The notes below the pieces were generated by a model. The model had not been told where the DNA came from. It ran no database searches and worked only from the letters and a program-made list of their open reading frames with translations. Source: Thermodesulfobacteriota bacterium (lineage in GTDB: Bacteria; Desulfobacterota_D; UBA1144; Nemesobacterales; UBA2774). From it: a stretch of 64,000 nt of DNA. The stretch is from assembly GCA_963422265.1 (NCBI GenBank), contig OY729416.1, forward strand, positions 672,001-736,000. The letters are read 5' to 3'. Positions 11,096 to 20,526 of this stretch are shown one piece after another (within the stretch, counting starts at the first letter, position 1; each line of letters begins with the position of its first letter). The position numbers were made by a program, and so were the translations under genes.

Positions 11096-11147
11096 TAATA
11101 CTCCTTCGTCAATGAAAACGCTTGCTGCGGGCCGCTCCTCTTAATCT

Positions 11148-13967
11148 CTATCGCTTCAGAAAAGCACCATCGCCTGGAGGTGAGAAAAATATACGGTCGT
11201 ATATGTCTCTCACCTCCGCTGTCTTAGAGAGATATTTTTGCTTTAATTTTGCCCCGTCGTAATCCATACCGAGCACGGGGGCGAGTCTTTCAAAATCTCG
11301 TCCGTAGAGATCGTTAATAGACAGGTTATGCAGAAGTCTAAGTTGATTCTCCATCTTCTTAAAAAAATAGAGCCCGTCTTTTAGAGACTTATATTCATTT
11401 TCCAAAATTAGCCCGGCGCCCTTGAGTGCTGCAAGTGCACCCGCTGTATTTTGAACCCTAATCTCCTTATGTTTTTTCCCATACCTGAGTTGGAGCATCT
11501 GGACAATGAACTCAATGTCAACCAACCCCCCCTTTCCCGTTTTAATGTTGAGCTTTTTAGGGGTCTCCTGGGCAATCTCTTTCTCCATACGCTCGCGCAT
11601 ATGCTTAATCTCTTCATGGAAATTTACGGATATGGGATATTCGTAAACAATGCGTTTTATAAGTCTCTTAAGCTTAGCCCCTAGTCTCATGTCACCTGCG
11701 GCTGGAACAGCTCGAATTAGTGATTGTCTCTCCCAAATTTGAGCGCTCTCCTCATGGTATCTCTTAAAGGAATCGTATGAAGTAACAAGCGCACCTGAAC
11801 GCCCAGATGGCCTGAGCCCTAAGTCTATCTTATATGCGAATCCCTCTCCTGTAGAAATTGAAAGAACGGAAATCAACCTCTGTCCAACCCTTGAAAAAAA
11901 CTCGTGATCCTCTCCCTCATAGATGAACATAACGTCAAGATCAGAGCTATAACTCATCTCTCTCCCACCCATTTTACCCATAGCTAGAACAACCATATTA
12001 AGACTTCTTTTCCGTCCATTAGTAGCCTTAGAAACGTGCTTGAACGCTATATCAAGACCTACCTCTAGGACGGCTTCTGCAACCATAGTCAGATACTTGC
12101 ATACGTATAGGGAATCAACTTCATTGTTCAAATCCCTGAGACAGATTCTAAGCGTCTCCATGTGCTTAAACTTTCTTATGGTATCTAGTTGAGCTTCATA
12201 ATCCTTATCCTTGCTAATTGTATTCCTTAAGCCATTTAACATCTCCTCCTTACTGCCATACCCAGTTCTTACATCCTTTAGAATGATTATGTTTAAGTCT
12301 TCGGGATGACTTATAAGGAAATTGGTCAGGTAGCCAGTAGTTGAAAAGAGCTTAGACAATAGCTCAACAATCTCGGGATTCTCTAAAAGTACGGAGTAAA
12401 TGGAGGTCCGCCAGCCTATACCCGCAACAAAACGCTCTAGGTTAAGGAGGGCCGCATCGGGATCCGCACATTTCAGGATACTACTGAGGAAGGCTGGTAT
12501 CACCCTCCTGTTAGTTAACCTTTCGCTTTGCGTAAGTCCAGCCTTTTTCGGATCGAGAAGCTTAGAGAAAATAGTAATAGCATCTTCAGGATACTTAAAC
12601 CCGAGCTTCCTTAAATTTTCAATCTCTTCCTCCTCACTTACGTTCCCTTCGGTCAGGAAGTCCGCAAGCTGCCAGAACTCCTCTCCAATTTCCTCAGTTT
12701 TTTGAGAAGGTTCATAAAAGAGGCTCCTATAAATTTTTGAAACCTCAGACGTCGTCTTCTCAAAAGCTTCCTCAAATCGAGATTGGCTCTCTAACCCAAC
12801 CCTCTTTGCAAGCTTGTCTATATCGTCAGGAGAATCGGGAACTTTATGCGTTTGCCTCTCATCAACGAGTTGTATAGAATGCTCAACCTTTCTAAGAAAA
12901 AGATAAGAAGAGGTGAGTGATTGAAAGATGTCTTCCTCAATAATTTTATAGTCCCTCAATTTTTCAAGCGTTTCAAGGGTATTCCAACCCCTTATCTCCT
13001 CTATCTCCCCTGCGTTCACAAGCTGAAGAGCCTGCACGAAAAACTCAATCTCCCTTATGCCACCCCTACCCAATTTGACGTCTCGCTTCTTGTAGAGTTT
13101 ATCGAGCTTTGTTTTCATATCCTTCAGGTCTTCTATCAGAGTGAAATCAAGGAACTTTTTATATACAAAGGACTCAACGTCATCTATAAACTCTCTACCC
13201 AACTCCATATCCCCAGCCACTGGCCTTGCTTTGATTAGCGCTGCACGCTCCCAAGTATCACCCCAATAATAGTAGTGATCTACAGCGCCTTTTTTAGGAA
13301 CCGCTATTGTGCTTTTGCCCCCGCCCGGCCTCAGAGCCAAATCCACCCTGTATAAAAAACCATCCTCTGAAACGGCGCTCAGAGTTCTTGTTAGCTTCTC
13401 CGAAAGCTTGAAAAACGGATTAGGGTCAGGGGCACTGCTATCATCATAAATATATATAAGGTCAATATCAGAGCTTAAGTTAAGTTCTCTCCCTCCGAGC
13501 TTGCCCATAGCAAGCACGACAAACCGCGTGTCGCCCTCACAGTTAAGCTCTCGACGATAGTAGCGGAGCGTAGCTTCCAGAATTGCCCCAGCAAGGTCTG
13601 AGAGCTCTTCCATAATTTCAGGAAAAGTCCCCAATTCATCTAAGTCACGATAGATAATCCTTGAAAATTCTCTGTACTTATAGTTCCTTAAGTTAGATTC
13701 AAGCTCAGATTGAGAGGACGAGGAATTACGTATTTCTTCTGCCTCCGTTATGTATTCTGCACAGGATTTTTTTTCTAAAGAAGAAGGTTTTGTTAAATAA
13801 TCAAGAATGTAAGGATACTTCAGTGCCATTCTTCCCAAGAAATTGCTGTGCGAGGCGAGCAGACTGAGAATATCCTTTTTCCTAGAGGATATACTCTTAT
13901 TATAATCCGCTTTATAGCGCTCCAAAATTATGCGGGCGTTTTCTGAATCTGGAAAAGTTCTACTCAA
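11148..13967 (-). CDS. glnE: Bifunctional glutamine synthetase adenylyltransferase/adenylyl-removing enzyme
   Basis: Two nucleotidyltransferase domains: MGKLGGRELNLSSDIDL and MGKMGGREMSYSSDLDV; RVDLALRP and KIDLGLRPSGRSG. Confidence 0.95.
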   Translation of the reverse strand: MSRTFPDSENARIILERYKADYNKSISSRKKDILSLLASHSNFLGRMALKYPYILDYLTKPSSLEKKSCAEYITEAEEIRNSSSSQSELESNLRNYKYREFSRIIYRDLDELGTFPEIMEELSDLAGAILEATLRYYRRELNCEGDTRFVVLAMGKLGGRELNLSSDIDLIYIYDDSSAPDPNPFFKLSEKLTRTLSAVSEDGFLYRVDLALRPGGGKSTIAVPKKGAVDHYYYWGDTWERAALIKARPVAGDMELGREFIDDVESFVYKKFLDFTLIEDLKDMKTKLDKLYKKRDVKLGRGGIREIEFFVQALQLVNAGEIEEIRGWNTLETLEKLRDYKIIEEDIFQSLTSSYLFLRKVEHSIQLVDERQTHKVPDSPDDIDKLAKRVGLESQSRFEEAFEKTTSEVSKIYRSLFYEPSQKTEEIGEEFWQLADFLTEGNVSEEEEIENLRKLGFKYPEDAITIFSKLLDPKKAGLTQSERLTNRRVIPAFLSSILKCADPDAALLNLERFVAGIGWRTSIYSVLLENPEIVELLSKLFSTTGYLTNFLISHPEDLNIIILKDVRTGYGSKEEMLNGLRNTISKDKDYEAQLDTIRKFKHMETLRICLRDLNNEVDSLYVCKYLTMVAEAVLEVGLDIAFKHVSKATNGRKRSLNMVVLAMGKMGGREMSYSSDLDVMFIYEGEDHEFFSRVGQRLISVLSISTGEGFAYKIDLGLRPSGRSGALVTSYDSFKRYHEESAQIWERQSLIRAVPAAGDMRLGAKLKRLIKRIVYEYPISVNFHEEIKHMRERMEKEIAQETPKKLNIKTGKGGLVDIEFIVQMLQLRYGKKHKEIRVQNTAGALAALKGAGLILENEYKSLKDGLYFFKKMENQLRLLHNLSINDLYGRDFERLAPVLGMDYDGAKLKQKYLSKTAEVRDIYDRIFFSPPGDGAFLKR

Positions 13968-14271
13968 CGTCTATTCCCCTATTTCTTTTACTGCCATTAT
14001 CACTACTCTCTCTTTTATTTCACTCACATTAAGATCAATAAAACCTTACCATAAAGACAATGCTTTATCCGTAAAAGTTCATAATCAGGCGCTGGATCCC
14101 TATTATGATGAGGATAGGAGAAATGCTTGTTCTAGGGCAACCACTGACGTTATTGTATCTGGTGGCACCGCTGGCCAACCCAAGCTCATAGTTGGTTATG
14201 AAGCTCTTCCTTTTTTTTCGTAGGAGTAACCCTTCCCCAATCAAGTTGGGGACATGTCTTAATACATACAG

Positions 14272-14295
14272 GGATGGATGGATGGATGGATGGAT
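14272..14295. repeat. (GGAT)6 microsatellite
   Basis: Six perfect GGAT units. Confidence 0.95.
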
Positions 14296-14316
14296 TCCTA
14301 CCCCTTCCATCTTTTC

Positions 14317-14383
14317 GTAGGGGTAACACTTGTGGTTACCCATTGCCTTCACACCTTTGGGCGACTACAAGAGTCGCCCCTAC
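14317..14383. repeat. Inverted doublet of GTAG-type REP sequences (REPIN/BIME-like)
   Basis: GTAG-GGGTAACA-CTTGT-GGTTACCC and, in reverse, GTAG-GGGCGACT-CTTGT-AGTCGCCC; both 25 nt with compensatory stem changes. Confidence 0.8.
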
Positions 14384-14601
14384 AGGTAAAGAGGAAATCC
14401 ACCCTGACCCTCCTTTACGAAAGGAGGGGAATATCTTTTACTACTCTCTGAACTCGCCTAATTGCAAAGAGCAACCGAGGAATCTAGTCTTTTCCCCCTC
14501 TCCCTTGGTTGATGAGCCTGTCAAACCAGGTAGAGGGCAGGGGTGAGGTCGTTTTTCCATCATTCCCAACTAGATTGGGAATCCAGAAGGGAGACTAGGG
14601 A

Positions 14602-17106
14602 TCAATTAAAATTATAGGGATCCATGTCTATTGAGACTCTGACGCGTTCAGACCTCTTTGAGGTTAAAGCGAGTATCTTTCTTGACAAGACATGAAGAAC
14701 ATCTGAATTATGAGATTTTAGTAGCATTTGAAAACGGTAGCGGTTTCTGATTTTTCTAATCGGACAAGGGGATGGTCCTAAAACCCGAGCGGTTCCAGAT
14801 GGGAGTTTTGAGATAAGCTCTCGCACTATTTCACCCGTGCTTACGGCGATTTCTGAAGTTTCACTTTCAAATCTTCCTGAAAACCTTACGTTCACAAGCC
14901 TTGAAAATGGAGGGTAATCAAGCTCTCTTCTGAGTTTTATTTCGTTATCTAAAAAACCGATGCTGTCTTGCCTCAACGCATACTTGATACTAGGATGGTC
15001 CGGATCATAAGTCTGGACAATAACATATCCAGGTTCTTCTCCTCTACCAGCTCTTCCCGCTACCTGAGTTACAAGCTGGAAGGTTCTCTCTCCGGAGCGA
15101 AAATCGGACATTCCAAGTGACATATCAGCAGATATGACCCCTACAAGCGTTACTCCAGGAAGATCATGACCTTTTGCAACCATTTGCGTCCCTATAATAA
15201 CATCTATCTCTGCCTTCTGAATCTTATCGTAGAGCTTCAGAAACTTTGTCTTGCCCTGAACAGCATCTCTATCCACCCTTATTACCGAGGCTTTAGGCAC
15301 AAGACGCTTGAGTTCTTTCTCAACCTTTTGCGTTCCTACTCCATAAACCCTGACGCTAGCCCCACAATTTGCACAACCTGCGGTGAGCTTCTCGGAAAGA
15401 CCGCATAGATGACACATACGCATCCCTGACTCCAATCGGGAAACAGAATTTTTCTTAACGTGATACGTGAGTGAAACCGAGCAGTTAGGACACTTCTGCA
15501 CGTCCCCGCAGGCTGGGCAGATAATAAGCGTAGAGAACCCCCTACGATTTAAAAAGAGTATAGTTTGACGTTTATTATTGTAATTATCTTGAATCGCCCG
15601 CTCGAGTTTTGTGGAAAATATATTATCCCTACTCTCCCCCCGCTTAACGTCCACGGGGACGTGCTTCATATCTATGACGCTCACTTGAGGTAAAGACCTG
15701 TTTTCAACCCTCAGAGGAAGCTTGAGATAATGAAACTTGTGCTTGACGGCGTTACAATACGACTCAAGGGAAGGAGTGGCGGAACCGAGAACTACGACGG
15801 ATGAAGTTATTTTCCCTAAAACGAGCGCGAGGTCCCTAGCGTTATAAGCGGGGGATTCATCTTGTTTATAGCTACTATCATGCTCTTCATCCACTACGAT
15901 CATGCCCAGATTCTTAAAGGGGGCGAATATTGCCGATCTTGCACCTATTAATACCTTAACTTCTCCCGTGCTAGCCATTCGCCAAGCGTCAAACCTCTCG
16001 CCGTCTGAAAGGGCACTATGAATTACCGCAACTTGGTTTCCTAATCTACCCTTGGCTCTTCTTACAAGCTGAGGGGTAAGGGAGATTTCAGGAACTAACA
16101 TCACAACCTCTTTACCTTGCTTAATAACCTCTTCCGTTGTGCGGAGATAAACCTCCGTCTTACCGCTACCGGTCACTCCATGAAGGAGAAACGGGGAGTA
16201 CTTACCCGCTTGAACGAACTCTCTTAGCCTACTACAAGCGATTTCTTGATCTACAGTGAGTTCAGGAGGGAAGTCCTTAGGAATCTTCATCTCGGAGAAT
16301 GGATCCCTTGATACTTTCTCAAGTCTGATCTTTATGAGACCCCTTTCCTCAAGCCAGTTGAGATGAATGCCCAAGTTCCCGAATATCTCCTTTAAATCAG
16401 AAAGCGGCATACTTCCATGCGTAAGCACGTATTCCAAAATCTGAGCCTTAGCGGGTTTCCTCTCTAAAAAGCGGCTCTTCAGATTAGCACCATCCCCCGC
16501 AACTATTATCTTTTCCATCTTTACCTTAGGATTGGATTTAAGCTCATAGTTAAACTCAATCAGACTTCTTCGTCTAAGCGAATTAAGTAACTCATTTCCC
16601 TGATGGGACTCAGAGACACGGGTGGCACTTTCAATCAGGGCAAGTAACTTCTTGGAGGTAATGCCTTTCGCGTTATAGACCGTGCGAAGAACCAAAAGCT
16701 CTCGTGCAGATAGCTCCCCATCATCTAACGCCTTGATTCCGTTATCCGTAATCCCGATTAGCCTACGTAGGCGGACGCCAAGCCCCCCTGGGTGCGCCAC
16801 CTTAAGCACTATTCCAAGAGACGACACATAGTAGTTAGCTACCCATTTTAAGAATTCAAGCCTCTTTTGGTCAAACAGAGGCTTCTCGTCAATAACGTCT
16901 AGGATGGAGCGGGGCTTTATATTGGGAGGTGGCTTTTCAAACCCAACGATAAATCCAACGTGCCTACTATTTCTAAAAGGAATAAGGACACGCTTTCCAA
17001 GTTGCACCCCATCCTTTAGATTATCAGGGACTTTGTAAGAATAAAATTCACCCCCATCCCCGACTTTAAGTGGTACAGGAACTGCAACCTGAACAGTTTT
17101 ACACAT
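14602..17106 (-). CDS. priA: Primosomal protein N' (replication restart helicase)
   Basis: LLHGVTGSGKTEVY, VDEEHD, LGSATPS, FLNRRGFS, four CxxC pairs, GTQMVAKGHD, QVAGRAGR. Confidence 0.97.
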   Translation of the reverse strand: MCKTVQVAVPVPLKVGDGGEFYSYKVPDNLKDGVQLGKRVLIPFRNSRHVGFIVGFEKPPPNIKPRSILDVIDEKPLFDQKRLEFLKWVANYYVSSLGIVLKVAHPGGLGVRLRRLIGITDNGIKALDDGELSARELLVLRTVYNAKGITSKKLLALIESATRVSESHQGNELLNSLRRRSLIEFNYELKSNPKVKMEKIIVAGDGANLKSRFLERKPAKAQILEYVLTHGSMPLSDLKEIFGNLGIHLNWLEERGLIKIRLEKVSRDPFSEMKIPKDFPPELTVDQEIACSRLREFVQAGKYSPFLLHGVTGSGKTEVYLRTTEEVIKQGKEVVMLVPEISLTPQLVRRAKGRLGNQVAVIHSALSDGERFDAWRMASTGEVKVLIGARSAIFAPFKNLGMIVVDEEHDSSYKQDESPAYNARDLALVLGKITSSVVVLGSATPSLESYCNAVKHKFHYLKLPLRVENRSLPQVSVIDMKHVPVDVKRGESRDNIFSTKLERAIQDNYNNKRQTILFLNRRGFSTLIICPACGDVQKCPNCSVSLTYHVKKNSVSRLESGMRMCHLCGLSEKLTAGCANCGASVRVYGVGTQKVEKELKRLVPKASVIRVDRDAVQGKTKFLKLYDKIQKAEIDVIIGTQMVAKGHDLPGVTLVGVISADMSLGMSDFRSGERTFQLVTQVAGRAGRGEEPGYVIVQTYDPDHPSIKYALRQDSIGFLDNEIKLRRELDYPPFSRLVNVRFSGRFESETSEIAVSTGEIVRELISKLPSGTARVLGPSPCPIRKIRNRYRFQMLLKSHNSDVLHVLSRKILALTSKRSERVRVSIDMDPYNFN

Positions 17107-17334
17107 ATTTAGTTGGAGATTCTAATCATTTTAGAAATATGGCGCAATAGACCGCTTCATAGGAACTGAATTTTATTATAGGAGCTGCAAAAATAGATGA
17201 GGTTCGTAGCACTTAGGCAAGTATTTCACAAATACCCCTTCTGCTAGTGTGGAAGAACGACTGCAAAGGGTCGCCCCTTACCTATTCGTAAAACTGGAGA
17301 CCAACCACGTGGATAATTTTATCTCGTCTCAAAG

Positions 17335-17363
17335 TTGACAACCACCTAATAGGCACATATTAT
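17335..17363 (+). promoter_or_regulatory. Sigma70-type promoter of the TPR gene
   Basis: TTGACA-N17-TATTAT. Confidence 0.7.
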
Positions 17364-17405
17364 TTGTTGAATTCAGACCATACGCCTGAATGGCGCAAAA
17401 ACTAT

Positions 17406-18266
17406 ATGGGCAGACTCGACAGACTCCTAAATAAAGCGGATGACTTCAAAGAAGCGGGACGTTTTGAAGAGGCGATAAAAGAACTCAGCCAGGCAATAGA
17501 GATAGCGCCTGATGATCCAGATGTTTATTTATCGTTTGCTCTGACCTATGACGCCATGGAAAATTTTCAAACGTCGGTTTATTACTTCAAAAAAGCAGTT
17601 GACTTAAACCCGGAGGATCCATATACATGGAGCCAGCTTGGCATTACCCTTTCAAGAATGGGAAGGCACTCAGAATCCATACAGGCTTTCGATGAGGCTT
17701 TGACCATAGACCCCGAATGTATAACCGCTAAATGGCACACAGCTCTTATCCTCAGATCTCTCGGACTTTACGAAGACGCCCTCAGGAACTTCAAAGAATG
17801 TACTGAACTCAGTTCAGATTTTGACTACGTAAAGGACGAAATATATTATCAGATCGGATTGTGCTACTTTGACATGGGATGGACTAGAGAAGCGCTTAGG
17901 GAATTCAGGAAACACATAACGTTATATCCTAAAGACGCTTGGGCGCTCCTATCAATAGGCAATTGCTACTTTGATCTTGGCTGGATAGATGAATCAGCAG
18001 CACAGTTCAAAGAAGTAATAAGAAACGATCCCGAATTTATACCCGCTTATAATGCTTTAGCCATATCGCTAGCGGAAAAAGGATGGTACGACGAAGCGCT
18101 TGACGTATTAAGAACGGCGCTTCTAATCTCTCCCGAAGATGAATCTATAAAGGGTAGCATCGATTATGTCGAGTCCCTAAAAGATGACGACGGAGCTAAA
18201 GGAATAATACTAAGCCTAATACTAAAACTAATTAAGCATAGAAAAGATTCTTGCGGGTCTTCTTAA
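17406..18266 (+). CDS. Tetratricopeptide repeat protein
   Basis: About 7 TPR units (A..LDP, W..LG, YY.IG.CY); ATG 17406 preferred because the TTG at 17364 directly abuts the -10 box. Confidence 0.88.
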   Translation: MGRLDRLLNKADDFKEAGRFEEAIKELSQAIEIAPDDPDVYLSFALTYDAMENFQTSVYYFKKAVDLNPEDPYTWSQLGITLSRMGRHSESIQAFDEALTIDPECITAKWHTALILRSLGLYEDALRNFKECTELSSDFDYVKDEIYYQIGLCYFDMGWTREALREFRKHITLYPKDAWALLSIGNCYFDLGWIDESAAQFKEVIRNDPEFIPAYNALAISLAEKGWYDEALDVLRTALLISPEDESIKGSIDYVESLKDDDGAKGIILSLILKLIKHRKDSCGSS

Positions 18267-18273
18267 CTAATAT

Positions 18274-19395
18274 CTAAGCCGTTCCGTTGTCAATTACTGA
18301 CTTCTTAGCATACTCCCGTCCCTGATCAGTCAGTTTTAATCTTCCGCGTCTTAAGAGAAGGAGTCCCCTAGCCGACGCACGTTTTACCGCTTCGTTGGCA
18401 AACTTGTCTTTCCATCTTAGGTTCTTCTCCAAGTGTCTTAGTCGGGATTCTTCCTCTTCTTCAGGGCTTCCTTCATGATTTAATAGATGTATTGCAAGCA
18501 CCTTCCCCGCAAATTCCCATCTCTGCCGTGAACGCCTTCTGGCAATAGAGATCAAACCTCTCTCAGGCGCTAATAGGAAAACAACAAAAAACACAAGACC
18601 CGACATAGTTGCCATTGAGCCGGCGATATTGGAGTCAAGTAAAATAGCTATCCAGAAACCCCCTAGGGAGCTGAGTACCCCGATAAAAGAACTTATAACT
18701 AACATATGCGAGAGCTTATCCGTAAGTAGGTAAGCCGCTGCTGGAGGAGCTATCATTAAAGCTACTACCAATATTGAACCAACTGCGTCGAACGCACCCA
18801 CCGCCGTAACTGATACTAATCCCATAAGCCCATAATGGATAAGACCTGGGGAAAATCCTAACACCGCGGCAAGTCCGGCGTCAAAGGTTGCTATTTTGAG
18901 TTCTTTATAGAGAGACAATATGAAAATAAGGTTAAGGATTAATATAGCAACTATTACGTATAGCGATTTAGGACCTATATCTACCCCTCTAAAAACTAGC
19001 CTATCAAAAGGAGCGAAGGCAATCTCTCCCAATAATACGGCGTGCACGTCTAGATGTATATTCCACGCGTAACGCGCTATTAGTATTACGCCTATACTGA
19101 ATAGAACGGGAAAAACTAACCCTATTGCCGCGTCTTCCCTCAAAAGCTTGGTTTTGTAAAGAACCTCTACCAGACTCACCACCAGAACGCCGCTTAGGGA
19201 AGCCCCAATAATAAGAAAAGGCGACGTAACGTCTTTAACTACAAAAAAAGCCAAGACTATGCCAAGCAATATAGCATGACTTATAGCGTCGCTCATCATA
19301 GCCATCCTGCGCAATACTAGGAATACACCAGGTATAGCACAGGCTACAGCAACCAACGATGCTATTAGCTGAATCTCTATATATTCTATGCTCAC
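18274..19395 (-). CDS. troD: Mn/Zn/Fe ABC transporter permease with C-terminal winged-helix-like extension
   Basis: LVLRRMAMMSDAISHAILLG, YKELKIATFD, AFDAVGSILVVALMIAPP. Confidence 0.9.
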   Translation of the reverse strand: MSIEYIEIQLIASLVAVACAIPGVFLVLRRMAMMSDAISHAILLGIVLAFFVVKDVTSPFLIIGASLSGVLVVSLVEVLYKTKLLREDAAIGLVFPVLFSIGVILIARYAWNIHLDVHAVLLGEIAFAPFDRLVFRGVDIGPKSLYVIVAILILNLIFILSLYKELKIATFDAGLAAVLGFSPGLIHYGLMGLVSVTAVGAFDAVGSILVVALMIAPPAAAYLLTDKLSHMLVISSFIGVLSSLGGFWIAILLDSNIAGSMATMSGLVFFVVFLLAPERGLISIARRRSRQRWEFAGKVLAIHLLNHEGSPEEEEESRLRHLEKNLRWKDKFANEAVKRASARGLLLLRRGRLKLTDQGREYAKKSVIDNGTA

Positions 19396-20525
19396 CTGAC
19401 GTTCCTTATACTAGACAGCCTCTTGGCTTCTAAAACGCCTTTCCTCGTAAGAGCCCATTCATCTGAATTTACACGACTAACCAAACCCCGCTCTTCAAGC
19501 TTCTTGAGCCCGCTTTCTACTCCCCCTCGTCCAGCATTCATTATCTTTAGAACCGACGTTGAATGGGGACGTTCAGGATCGTAATGCCTAACCGCTAATG
19601 AATAAAGGTCATCTAATATGCCTTCAAGACGAAGATTTCCCCTATTTTTCCGCTCATCCCACCACTTCCAGAAGAGCCCCCTCGCTGGGGCTAGGAGAAT
19701 TGAAACAATAACTATAGAGCTTATACAAAGCACTATGGTCGGGCCGGTTGGCATCCTTGCAATCAAACTGCTTAGCAGCGCCCCCACAATCCCCGCTACA
19801 GCCCCGAACAGCGATGATAACATAATCATCAAACCAAGCCGGTCAGTCCACTGTCTGGCTGCTGCGGCTGGGGCAACTATCATAGCACTCATAAGTATGA
19901 CGCCAACCGTCTGGAGACCTAAAACTATTGCAACTACTATCAAAGTAGTCAATAAAACGTCAAGAACACGGATAGGATACCCTATTGTCGCACCAAACTC
20001 GGGATCAAAACTGAGAAGCTTAAACTCCTTCCAGAAGAGAAATACTGCAAAAATTGCGATTCCTCCCAGAATAGACATTGTTATTACGTCACGTTCAAGT
20101 AGCGCCGCTGCCTGACCGAAAAGAAATTTATCAAGCCCTGCCTGCGTTGCGTCAGGTCTTTTTTGGATTATGGTTAAAAGCACAAGACCAACTCCGAAAA
20201 AAACGGATAGCGTCATTCCCAGGGCGGTATCATATTTTATCCTAGTTGATCTGACGATAACGATGATAAAAATCGTCGCTATCCACCCCGTAGCCATCGC
20301 CCCCAGAATTAGCACCAAAGTAAATTTGCTTCCGGTAAGGAGAAACGCTAAGGCAATACCGGGCAAAGCCGCATGGGAAATAGCGTCTCCCAAAAGGCTC
20401 TGCTTCCTAAGTAAAGCATAAGCGCCTAATGCTCCGCTAACCATGCCCAATACAGCGGAGCCTAAAGCTACCGTGCGTAGCGTATAGTCAAAAAGAAGGT
20501 CGCTAAAAAGATTTAGTATATACAA
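19392..20525 (-). CDS. troC: Mn/Zn/Fe ABC transporter permease with C-terminal winged-helix-like extension
   Basis: LRKQSLLGDAISHAALPG, WKEFKLLSFD, GLQTVGVILMSAM. Confidence 0.9.
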   Translation of the reverse strand: MYILNLFSDLLFDYTLRTVALGSAVLGMVSGALGAYALLRKQSLLGDAISHAALPGIALAFLLTGSKFTLVLILGAMATGWIATIFIIVIVRSTRIKYDTALGMTLSVFFGVGLVLLTIIQKRPDATQAGLDKFLFGQAAALLERDVITMSILGGIAIFAVFLFWKEFKLLSFDPEFGATIGYPIRVLDVLLTTLIVVAIVLGLQTVGVILMSAMIVAPAAAARQWTDRLGLMIMLSSLFGAVAGIVGALLSSLIARMPTGPTIVLCISSIVIVSILLAPARGLFWKWWDERKNRGNLRLEGILDDLYSLAVRHYDPERPHSTSVLKIMNAGRGGVESGLKKLEERGLVSRVNSDEWALTRKGVLEAKRLSSIRNVR

Positions 20526-20526
20526 A

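Larger units (their letters stand above)
14234..14588. repeat. Mosaic cluster of several short palindromic repeat types
   Basis: Hairpins at 14234-14252, 14317-14341, 14359-14383, 14408-14428, 14494-14548 and 14562-14582. Confidence 0.8.

Noticed and set aside
13413-13436. Another in-frame palindrome insert in glnE (SAPDPNP)
   Set aside because: The left part resembles the 24-mer, but the right arm is missing and the loop is not longer than usual
14085-14180. SAM-I, glmS or hammerhead identity for the candidate RNA
   Set aside because: Only isolated sub-motifs (GGCAACC, AGCGCCTG, TGATGA..GAAA) without the required spacing and helices
13930-14546. Three ~90-aa ORFs in the glnE-priA spacer
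   Set aside because: They overlap the glnE start, the candidate RNA, the microsatellite or the palindromes; the translations (MDGWMDG, IHPSIHPS) reflect repeats
14234-14588. Possible CRISPR array
   Set aside because: The hairpins are all different; there is no constant repeat with regular spacers and no cas genes
17055-17076. Fourth priA insert near the N-terminus (LKVGDG)
   Set aside because: Only one arm (CATCCCCGACT) matches; cannot be supported without an alignment
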